This document shows, piece after piece, positions 56,862-64,000 of a stretch of DNA of 64,000 bases. A model generated the notes under the pieces. The model ran no database searches, was not told where the DNA came from, and was given only the letters and a program-made list of their open reading frames with translations. How positions within the stretch are numbered: position 1 is the first letter of the stretch; the number at the start of each line of letters is the position of its first letter. The DNA is from Deltaproteobacteria bacterium (lineage in GTDB: Bacteria; Myxococcota; UBA727; VGSZ01): positions 30,374 through 94,373 of the forward strand of contig JACOUT010000005.1 of the NCBI GenBank assembly GCA_016177705.1. The letters run 5' to 3'. The position numbers and the translations under genes were made by a program.

Positions 56862-58267
56862 TCTCGGCGAAACAGTCGCTCGAGGAGAACCTGGTTGGCG
56901 ACAAGCGGGGCGACCTGCCCGCCGGCAAGGTCATCGAGCTGCGCCGCGCCATCGAGGAGATCCGAGACGCCAAGCCGTACCGCGTGCGCGGCCGTGTCAC
57001 CGAGGTCACCGGCCTGATCATCAAGGCCGCGGTGCCGGGCGTGCGTATCGGCGAGATGTGTTACGTGACGTCGCCCAAAGAGGACACCGCACCGCTCAAG
57101 ACCGAGGTGGTCGGCTTCAAGGACGGCGCCGTCTTCTTGATGCCGCTCGGCGACGCCAAGAACGCCGGCCTTGGCCCCGACAGCGAGGTCATCCCCTCCG
57201 GCAAGCCCTTCCAGGTCAAGTGTGGCTTTGGCCTGCTTGGCCGCACGCTGTCGGGCATCGGCGAGCCCATCGACGGCCTCGGCCCGCTCGACGAGATCGA
57301 GGGCTTGCAGGACTGGGCGGTCGAGCGCGAGTGCCCCGATCCCTACACGCGCCAACCCGTCGACCGCGTCATCTCCTTCGGCGTGCGCGCGTGGGACGGC
57401 CTGCTTACCGTCGGGCGCGGCCAGCGCGTCGGCCTCTTCGCAGGCTCGGGCGTCGGTAAGTCGACCTTGATGGGGCAGATCGCGCGCCAGACCTCAGCCG
57501 AGGTGGTGGTCGTCTGCATGGTCGGCGAGCGCGGCCGCGAGGTGCTCGAGTTCATCCACGACTCGCTCGGCGAGGAGGGTCTCAAGCGCTCGGTGGTGGT
57601 GTGCGCCACGTCCGACCAGCCGAGCTTGGTACGCCTCAAGAGCACCTTCGTCGCCACCGCGGTCGCCGAGTGGTTCCGCGATCAGGGCAAGGACGTGCTG
57701 TTCATGATGGATAGCGCCACGCGCTTTGCGCGCGCGCAGCGCGAGATCGGCCTCGCCCTCGGTGAGCCACCGGCGCGCCAGGGATTCCCGCCCAGCGTGT
57801 TTGCGCTCATCCCCAAGCTGATGGAGCGCACCGGCAACAACCACATCGGCAGCATCACCGCCATGTACACCATCCTGGTGCAGGGCGGCGACATGGAGGA
57901 GCCCATCGCCGACGAGGTGCGCGGTATCCTCGACGGCCACGTCATCTTGAACCGCGACCTCGGCGCCCGAAACCACTGGCCCGCCATCGACGTGCTGCCC
58001 TCGCTGTCGCGCGTCATGAGCGGCATCGCCTCCGATGAGCATAAGAAGGCCGCAGGCATCATGCGGCGCACCATGGCGACCTACGAGAAGAACCGCGATC
58101 TGATCCTGCTCGGCGCCTACAGCTACGGCACCGATCCCAAGGTCGACTACGCCATCGACAAGATCGAGGAGGTCGAGACCTTCTTGAGGCAGGGCACCTA
58201 CGAGTCCTCGCCCTTCGAGGAGACGGTGCAGCGCATGGTCGACATGTTTGCCGACGCGCAGGAGTGA
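56858..58267 (+). CDS. sctN: type III secretion system ATPase (SctN/YscN/FliI family)
   Basis: Walker A 'GSGVGKSTL', 'VLFMMDSATRFARAQREIGLALGEPP', 'SITAMYTILVQGGD'. Confidence 0.9.
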   Translation: MISAKQSLEENLVGDKRGDLPAGKVIELRRAIEEIRDAKPYRVRGRVTEVTGLIIKAAVPGVRIGEMCYVTSPKEDTAPLKTEVVGFKDGAVFLMPLGDAKNAGLGPDSEVIPSGKPFQVKCGFGLLGRTLSGIGEPIDGLGPLDEIEGLQDWAVERECPDPYTRQPVDRVISFGVRAWDGLLTVGRGQRVGLFAGSGVGKSTLMGQIARQTSAEVVVVCMVGERGREVLEFIHDSLGEEGLKRSVVVCATSDQPSLVRLKSTFVATAVAEWFRDQGKDVLFMMDSATRFARAQREIGLALGEPPARQGFPPSVFALIPKLMERTGNNHIGSITAMYTILVQGGDMEEPIADEVRGILDGHVILNRDLGARNHWPAIDVLPSLSRVMSGIASDEHKKAAGIMRRTMATYEKNRDLILLGAYSYGTDPKVDYAIDKIEEVETFLRQGTYESSPFEETVQRMVDMFADAQE

Positions 58268-58650
58268 AGTGCTTCCACCACCCTGACGCGGACGCGGTGG
58301 GCCTGTGCAAAGCCTGCGGCAAGGGCCTGTGCCGGTCGTGCGCCGTCGACATGGGGCAGGGGCTCGCCTGCGCCAACTCCTGCGAGGTCGCGGTGCGCGA
58401 CCTCATCGTGCAGCTCGCCATCAGCAGGAAGGCGCTCGCGACGACGCCGGGCGCCTACAAGACGCAGTCGACCATCGGCTTCGTCACCGGCGGCATCTTC
58501 ATGGCCACCGCCGGGCTGGCGGCGCTCACGCCCGCGTGGTTCGTGGCGCCCCTGCTCGCCCTCTTCGGCTTGCCCATGATCTACCAGGGCGTGCGCGCGC
58601 GGCGGACCTATCGTTCGCTCGTCGCTGCGCACAAGGAACTACCTCCCTAG
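58264..58650 (+). CDS. small zinc-ribbon (B-box-like Cx2Cx5Cx2C) membrane protein embedded in the T3SS block
   Basis: 'MKCFHHPDADAVGLCKACGKGLCRSCAVDMGQGLACANSCE' then 2 TM helices; GTGA overlap with sctN. Confidence 0.5.
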   Translation: MKCFHHPDADAVGLCKACGKGLCRSCAVDMGQGLACANSCEVAVRDLIVQLAISRKALATTPGAYKTQSTIGFVTGGIFMATAGLAALTPAWFVAPLLALFGLPMIYQGVRARRTYRSLVAAHKELPP

Positions 58651-58667
58651 CTTGCTAGGATCGCCTC

Positions 58668-59180
58668 ATGGCCAAGACGCCTGCCTACCGCCTGCAAGTC
58701 CTCTTCGAGATGCGCGAGAAGAAGAAGAAGGAAGCGGAGGAGCTGTACGCCGAGAAGAAGAAGAAGGTCGTCGAGGAGCAGAAGAAGCTCGACGGCATGA
58801 AGCAGACGCTCAAGGAGATGGTGCAGCTCCGCCAGGACAAGAAGCGCGAGTACGCAGAGCGCACCCGCGCGGGCGAGTACACCGTGAGCCAGATCACAGC
58901 GAATGATCGCCACGTCGAGCGTTTGAAGCAGCAGGAGCAGGCCTACCAAGTGGAGATCGACCGTCAGGCGGAGCGTGTGCAGGAAGCCGAGCGCATCGCC
59001 CAGGAGGCGATGGACGCGCTCGTCAAGGCGACGCAGGACCACAAGGCGCTCGAGAAGCACAAGGACAAGTGGCTCAAGGCGGTCAGGCGCGAGGCCGCGA
59101 TGAAGGAGGAGCTGCAGGTCGAGGACATCGCGCAGGCGCAGTACTTCCAGAAGCTCCTCGAAGAGCTGGGCGAGGCGTGA
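58668..59180 (+). CDS. coiled-coil stalk protein, SctO/YscO/FliJ-like
   Basis: 170 aa all-helical K/E/Q-rich, positioned immediately after the ATPase as in T3SS loci. Confidence 0.5.
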   Translation: MAKTPAYRLQVLFEMREKKKKEAEELYAEKKKKVVEEQKKLDGMKQTLKEMVQLRQDKKREYAERTRAGEYTVSQITANDRHVERLKQQEQAYQVEIDRQAERVQEAERIAQEAMDALVKATQDHKALEKHKDKWLKAVRREAAMKEELQVEDIAQAQYFQKLLEELGEA

Positions 59181-59182
59181 CC

Positions 59183-59455
59183 ATGGGGCCCCTGGTCGGC
59201 AAGGTGCTGCTCGAGATCGCCAAGGCGCTCGGCAAGGCCGTCATCGCCGGCGTGGGCGTGGAGCTGGCGCGCGTCGCCTCGGGGCATGTGCAGAAGCGCT
59301 TCGGGCCCAAGACTGGGAAGGACGAGAAGAAGCCCGAAGAGATGACGCCCGACGAGCTGAAGAAAGAAAACGAACGCCTGCGCGCCGAGGTAGAGGAGCT
59401 GAAAGAGCGGCTCGGCACCTCGACCGTGCCGCCGGACGTGGCCATAGGCAGCTAG
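59183..59455 (+). CDS. small T3SS-associated hypothetical protein (hydrophobic N-terminus plus coiled coil)
   Basis: ATG 2 nt after the sctO-like stop: 'MGPLVGKVLLEIAKALGKAVIAGVGVELARV...ENERLRAEVEELKERL'. Confidence 0.35.
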   Translation: MGPLVGKVLLEIAKALGKAVIAGVGVELARVASGHVQKRFGPKTGKDEKKPEEMTPDELKKENERLRAEVEELKERLGTSTVPPDVAIGS

Positions 59456-59540
59456 GCGCCCGCGAGAGACGCATCGCGTCAAGACCGATCGCGGCCGCCG
59501 TCCGATACTTCGACGGTCAACCGCTCTCTCGGGGTTCCCC

Positions 59541-60467
59541 ATGTCCAGCAGAGTCGACGAGCAGAACGCGCAGGCGGCAGCCGAAGCGGAGCGCGTGGCC
59601 CAGAAGGCCGACAAGCAGGCGCGCGAGGCCAAGACCAGCCAAACGAGCCGCGAAGCGTTCTCCAAGCTGGTCAAGGCGAACCAGCAGGGCTCGGACGTGC
59701 ACCGGGGCAAGGCGGAGAAGCAGCAGGGCGAGACGCGGCAGGGGGAGGCGCATGCGCAGAAGCAGGTGAAGGGCTCCGAGCAGGCCGATCGCGCCGCCAG
59801 GATGGCGCGCGGCGGCGTGATGCAGCACTCGCGCGTGATGGAGCAGGCCAAGAGCTTCTCGCAGGTGCTCGGCAAGCAGCAGACCGAGACCGCGCAGGCC
59901 GACGGCCAGCGCGTCGAGGCGCGTGAGCAGGGCAGCACGAAGGATCGGGTGGAGCGCGACGACCGCGACCGCGACGTCGGCGCGACCGAGGTGAAGAGGG
60001 AGAGCGAGCGGGAACAGGCGCGCGTGGAGGCGCGCGACGGCGGCGCACAAGGTGGCCCCGTCGACCCCGACGGCAAGAACCGCGGTGGCGGCGGCAAGCA
60101 GCAAGGCCGTGGCGATGAGGGGGCGGCAGCGCTGGCCGCGCTCAGCAAGCCGTCGACGCCGCAAGCCGCCGCGGGCCCGCAGGGCGCGGTGGGCGTCAAG
60201 CAGATCCCGCCCGAGCTGCTCGAGAAGCTGGTGAGCGCGATCTACCTGGCCGTCAACGACAAGGGACTCAAGGAATTCCAGATCGAGCTGAAGGACGGAC
60301 CGCTCAAGGGCGGCTTCCTCAAGCTCACTGCCGACGGCGGCAAGGTCAGCCTGTCCTTCCTCGGGCTCGCCGGCGATCAGAAGCGGCTGGTGGAGGCGAG
60401 CAAGGGCGAGCTGATGCGCCGGTTGGAGAAAAAGGGCCTCCGTCTGGAACGCCTGTCCGTCGCGTGA
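59541..60467 (+). CDS. T3SS length-control/substrate-switch protein candidate (SctP/FliK-like with T3S4-type C-terminal domain)
   Basis: Q/E/R-rich disordered N-terminus; C-terminus 'FQIELKDGPLKGGFLKLTADGGKVSLSFLGLAGDQKRLVEASKGELMRRLEKKGLRLERLSV' follows the FliK/YscP C-terminal pattern. Confidence 0.5.
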   Translation: MSSRVDEQNAQAAAEAERVAQKADKQAREAKTSQTSREAFSKLVKANQQGSDVHRGKAEKQQGETRQGEAHAQKQVKGSEQADRAARMARGGVMQHSRVMEQAKSFSQVLGKQQTETAQADGQRVEAREQGSTKDRVERDDRDRDVGATEVKRESEREQARVEARDGGAQGGPVDPDGKNRGGGGKQQGRGDEGAAALAALSKPSTPQAAAGPQGAVGVKQIPPELLEKLVSAIYLAVNDKGLKEFQIELKDGPLKGGFLKLTADGGKVSLSFLGLAGDQKRLVEASKGELMRRLEKKGLRLERLSVA

Positions 60468-60522
60468 GCACTGCCGCTGGCCCGGAAAGCTGCTAGAGCC
60501 GTTCGACCTGAACGGAGGCAGC

Positions 60523-61629
60523 GTGCAGTCGATCGGGACACCCGCCTTGTGGGTCGCCTTCACCGCCGTAGTGACGGTGGTGCTGGTCGCCGACCTCTAC
60601 GTCGGCAGCAAGAAGACCGAGCCGATGTCGCGCCGCGCCGCGCTCGGCTGGACCTCGTTGTGGGTGTCGCTCGCGTGCGCGTTCGGCGCCGGTATCTGGT
60701 TGGTGATCGACCACGATCGCTCGCGCGAAGCGGCGATGGAGTTCTTCACCGCCTACATCATCGAGTACTCGCTCTCCGTCGATAACCTCTTCGTCTTCTT
60801 GCTGCTGTTCTCGTCGTTCAAGGTGCCGCAGGCCTGGCAGCACCGCGTGTTGTTCTGGGGCATCTTCGGCGCCGTCATCCTGCGCGCCATCTTCATCTTC
60901 GCAGGTACTGCGCTGTTGCAGCGCTTCCACTTCCTCATCTACCTGTTCGGCGCGTTCTTGCTCTACACCGGCGTCAAGCTGGTATTCGGCGGCGAAGACG
61001 AAGAGGAGGTCGAAGTCAGCGAGAACCGCATCGTGCGCTTCGCGCGGCGCTTCGTGCCGGTGACTGATCATTACGACGGGCACCGCTTCGTCACCGTCGT
61101 CGACGGCGTCAAGAAGGCGACGCCGCTGCTGCTCGTGTTGGTGGCGGTCGAGCTATCCGACGTGGTGTTCGCGCTCGACTCGATCCCGGCGGTGTTCGGC
61201 GTCTCCCTCGATCCCTTCATCGTCTACACCTCGAACATCTTTGCCATCCTCGGCCTGCGCTCGCTCTATTTCTTGCTGGCGGGCGCGCTGTTCGGCCTGC
61301 GCTTCTTGAAGCCGTCGCTCGGCATCGTGCTCGCGTTCGTCGGCGCCAAGATGTGCCTGCCGCTGGTGCATTGGCTCGCGGCCAAAGCGGGTCAGGCGGA
61401 CGCGGTCTCCTGGCTGCCCGAGCACGTACCGACACCGGTGTCCCTTGGCGTGGTGGGCGGGTTCCTCGTCGGTGGCGTCGCGCTGTCAATGCTGTTCCCC
61501 GGCAAGAAGCCCGAGGGCGTCGAGGCCGCCGAGGAGATCAAAGAGGACATCCTCGAGGCGGTCACCGGCGAGCCGCAGCCGCACGAGCCGCCGAGTGGCG
61601 TCCCCCCCGGCGCCGCCGGTCCGGGGTAG
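60523..61629 (+). CDS. terC: TerC/Alx family integral membrane protein
   Basis: 'YIIEYSLSVDNLFVFLL', 'ALDSIPAVFGVSLDPFIVYTSNIFAILGLRSLYF' duplicated TerC motifs. Confidence 0.8.
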   Translation: MQSIGTPALWVAFTAVVTVVLVADLYVGSKKTEPMSRRAALGWTSLWVSLACAFGAGIWLVIDHDRSREAAMEFFTAYIIEYSLSVDNLFVFLLLFSSFKVPQAWQHRVLFWGIFGAVILRAIFIFAGTALLQRFHFLIYLFGAFLLYTGVKLVFGGEDEEEVEVSENRIVRFARRFVPVTDHYDGHRFVTVVDGVKKATPLLLVLVAVELSDVVFALDSIPAVFGVSLDPFIVYTSNIFAILGLRSLYFLLAGALFGLRFLKPSLGIVLAFVGAKMCLPLVHWLAAKAGQADAVSWLPEHVPTPVSLGVVGGFLVGGVALSMLFPGKKPEGVEAAEEIKEDILEAVTGEPQPHEPPSGVPPGAAGPG

Positions 61630-61641
61630 AGTCCGTCCACG

Positions 61642-63090
61642 ATGGCGAAGAAGCTGCGCAAGTACCGGCTGCAAGACCTGCCGCGGCTCACGCGCGAGCA
61701 GGTGCGGGCCACCAACGCGCTCTTGTGCCACCTGCCACAGACGCCGTTCGAACAAGGGTTCAAGAGCCGGCTGCGCGACCTCCTCTCGCAGCTCGTGCAC
61801 GCCGACGTCGACGTCTGGTTCGACGGTGCGCGCGCGCTCGCGCAAGGCGAGCTGAAGCGGGTGCTGGCCGAGCCGACCTGCGTTGCCGTCGTTGGGCTGC
61901 CGCCGCGCACGGACAAGGCGCTGCTCGAGGTCGACCTGACGGTGGCGCAGTTCGCCATCGACAAGATGCTGGGCGGCGGCGCCGAGGACGTCGACGGGCA
62001 GCGACCGCTCTCCGAGATCGAAGACGGCGTGTTCTCCTTCATCCTGCTCAAGGTCTTGCAGCTCGTCACCGCTGACCTCGAGGAGAGCCAGCTCGGCCTG
62101 CGCCTGGAGGCAGTGCACGGCACGCTGGCCTCGCTCAAGGAGCGCTACCCCACGTCGGACGCGTGCCTGTGCCTGAGCTTCAAGGTGTTCTTCAACCAGA
62201 AGGTCGGCTTCGCGCGCATCTACCTGCCGCTCGCCTTGCTGAGCGAGGCGCTGACGGGGGCGCCGCCCGAGGAGGGGCCGGCGCAGCAGCGCGCGTTCGC
62301 GCGCATGCAGCAGCGCATCGATCTGGTGCGGCTCGTCACGGCGCCGCTGGTGGTCGAGGTCGGGCGCATCACGCTGCCGGTGGCCGACGTCGAGGCGCTC
62401 GACACCGAGGACATCATCCTGGTCGAGGACAGCGAGCTGCGCCTCGAGCCCGGCGAGCCGCCCGCCTTGACCGGTCGTGCGCAATGCCGCGTGGGCGACG
62501 GCGCGCATGGCGTCCTGACCGGCACCGTCGTGGTAGGAGAGCGCGGCCGCTACGAGATCCAGGTGGAGGCGATCGCACCGGTGGGCACGCCGCGTCCGCG
62601 CGGCCACCTGTTCCTGGGTACGGTGGGCACGGGCGAGGGAGAGGCGGGAATGGCGAGCGAGCACGCGAGGGAGCTGTCGGCGCCGGGCATCGTCGACGAG
62701 GTGGAGCGGTCACTGCGCGCGCGTCGCGCCGTGGCCGTGCGCGCGCTCGCCGGCTCCACCTCGCCGCTCGGGCACGGCGGCGTCGACGACGAAACGGGTG
62801 CCGAGCACAGCGACAGTCAAGAGGAGCAGGGCGAGGACGACGGCGACAACATGCCGTCGGCGTCGGCCAGCCTGCTCGACGACGTCTCGGTGGCGCTGGT
62901 AGTGGAGCTTGGGCGCGTCTCGGTGTCCGCCGCGGACGTGGTGCAGCTTCGGCCGGGCCACGTCATCGAGCTGTCGAGGAAGCCCGGCGACGCGGTGGAC
63001 CTCGTGGTCGACGGCAAGCGCATCGGCAAGGGTGAGCTGGTCGAGGTCGACGGCGAGCTCGGGGTGCGCATCCTCTCGCTGGCGAAGTAG
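61642..63090 (+). CDS. sctQ: T3SS cytoplasmic sorting-platform protein SctQ (YscQ/FliM-FliN family, C-terminal SpoA domain)
   Basis: C-terminus 'VALVVELGRVSVSAADVVQLRPGHVIELSRKPGDAVDLVVDGKRIGKGELVEVDGELGVRI' matches the SpoA/FliN fold pattern. Confidence 0.7.
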   Translation: MAKKLRKYRLQDLPRLTREQVRATNALLCHLPQTPFEQGFKSRLRDLLSQLVHADVDVWFDGARALAQGELKRVLAEPTCVAVVGLPPRTDKALLEVDLTVAQFAIDKMLGGGAEDVDGQRPLSEIEDGVFSFILLKVLQLVTADLEESQLGLRLEAVHGTLASLKERYPTSDACLCLSFKVFFNQKVGFARIYLPLALLSEALTGAPPEEGPAQQRAFARMQQRIDLVRLVTAPLVVEVGRITLPVADVEALDTEDIILVEDSELRLEPGEPPALTGRAQCRVGDGAHGVLTGTVVVGERGRYEIQVEAIAPVGTPRPRGHLFLGTVGTGEGEAGMASEHARELSAPGIVDEVERSLRARRAVAVRALAGSTSPLGHGGVDDETGAEHSDSQEEQGEDDGDNMPSASASLLDDVSVALVVELGRVSVSAADVVQLRPGHVIELSRKPGDAVDLVVDGKRIGKGELVEVDGELGVRILSLAK

Positions 63091-63404
63091 CGCCGAGGTG
63101 CGGGGCGGAGCGGGGGGCGGGTGGTCGCCGCCGCGCCGCTGGTCCTCGGCCCCTTCACCTTCGTGCCGTGTCGCGCGGCCGCCGCCGGCTCTTGATGGTC
63201 GTGGCGCATGGCTGCGTTCGTGCCGAGGATTGGTTCGGCGTGCCTCTCGGTGGCCGGCGTGCGATCGGCGTCGTCACGCGGGTCGTGGAGGGTAGGGGCG
63301 GAGCTGTGGGCCTGCGGGCGCGGCACGTCGACGACCACCCGCCCCCCGCTCCTGGTGCCACGCTCGAAATCGAGGCGGCGCCGTCCCCCGCCGGTATTCG
63401 CAGT

Positions 63405-63441
63405 CCATGAAATCACATTGATGGGAAACGTAATTTCATGG
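63405..63441. promoter_or_regulatory. AT-rich 9-bp inverted repeat 'ccatgaaat-N19-atttcatgg' overlapping the start codon of the downstream ATPase gene
   Basis: Read directly; a local AT island in a ~70% GC background. Confidence 0.5.
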
Positions 63442-64000
63442 ATGATCGTACCATGGTTGCACGCCCGCGCCACCTCGCCGACGTTCGACGGCTGCTCAAG
63501 TCCAACCCGATCGTCGCCCTGCTCGGCGCGCGGCAGACCGGCAAGACCACGCTCTCCCGTGAGGTCATCGGCGATCGATCGGCAACGCGTTTCGACCTCG
63601 AGTCTCCCCACGACAGCGAGCGGCTGCGCGATCCGACGCTCGCGCTCGCGCCGCTTCGCGGCTTGGTGGTGCTCGACGAGGTGCAGCGGCGACCGGACCT
63701 ATTTCCGGTGTTGCGGGTGCTCGCCGATCGGCCGCGCACCCAGGCGCGCTTCCTCGTCCTCGGCAGCGCCAGCGGCCAGCTGTTGCGGCAGACGTCCGAG
63801 TCGCTCGCCGGCCGCATCGCCTACCACGAGCTGCCGGGCTTCGCGCTCGATGAGGTCATGGCTACCGGCACGGGCGCGCACCTCAGGCTCTGGCGCCGCG
63901 GCGGGTTTCCCCGCTCGTTCCTCGCCAGGAGCGAGGCAGAATCAGCCCGATGGCGCGACGACTTCGTGCGCACCTTCCTCGAGCGCGATGTTGGCACGCT
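63438..64000 (+). CDS. AAA+ ATPase (COG1373/DUF4143-type), 5' part; runs off the window end
   Basis: 'VALLGARQTGKTTL' Walker A, 'VVLDEVQRRPDLFPVLRVL' Walker B region. Confidence 0.7.
   Translation, partial: MDDRTMVARPRHLADVRRLLKSNPIVALLGARQTGKTTLSREVIGDRSATRFDLESPHDSERLRDPTLALAPLRGLVVLDEVQRRPDLFPVLRVLADRPRTQARFLVLGSASGQLLRQTSESLAGRIAYHELPGFALDEVMATGTGAHLRLWRRGGFPRSFLARSEAESARWRDDFVRTFLERDVGT

Overview
This is a ~70% GC, one-gene-after-another stretch with no rRNA, tRNA, CRISPR or obvious mobile element. The protein repertoire (many Cys-rich secreted lipoproteins, Hanks-type kinases, an injectisome-type T3SS, EutN/CcmL microcompartment vertex proteins) points to a myxobacterial (Nannocystineae/Haliangium-like) chromosome. 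Because of the GC content, most long alternate-frame and antisense ORFs in the track are artefacts; I kept only frames with signal peptides, recognisable family motifs or tight operon coupling.

Recognisable content:
- a GT1 glycosyltransferase and a 14+-blade RCC1-repeat lipoprotein
- NAD(P)-malic enzyme
- a split YeeE/YedE pair
- two Ser/Thr kinases plus one degenerate kinase-like protein
- an lspA–BMC-P–BMC-P–class II aldolase operon (a microcompartment satellite locus)
- a tandem array of three Cys-rich proteins with MYXO-CTERM-like tails
- DgkA-like plus polysaccharide deacetylase
- an AmpG-like MFS permease
- reductive pyrimidine catabolism (preT/preA and dihydropyrimidinase, separated by a ~5 kb insert)
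- a CDF transporter, a phosphohexomutase and CtpA
- a non-flagellar T3SS cluster: FHA SctD-like, SctN, SctO-like, FliK/SctP-like and SctQ, with a zinc-ribbon protein and a TerC membrane protein embedded

The most unusual feature is an apparently undescribed recurring module, present three times on both strands. Each copy is a signal-peptide protein ending in a double Gly/Ala-zipper hydrophobic tail, overlapped by 4 nt (ATGA/GTGA) with a lipoprotein. That lipoprotein carries a four-Cys motif (C-x2-D-x2-C-x2-G-x2-C-x2-G-x-C) followed by a long (Gly-Glu)n tract encoded as 6/12-bp DNA microsatellites, and then a variable C-terminal domain. Standalone relatives with the same Cys-motif/GE head are also present. 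Secondary observations are listed under findings.
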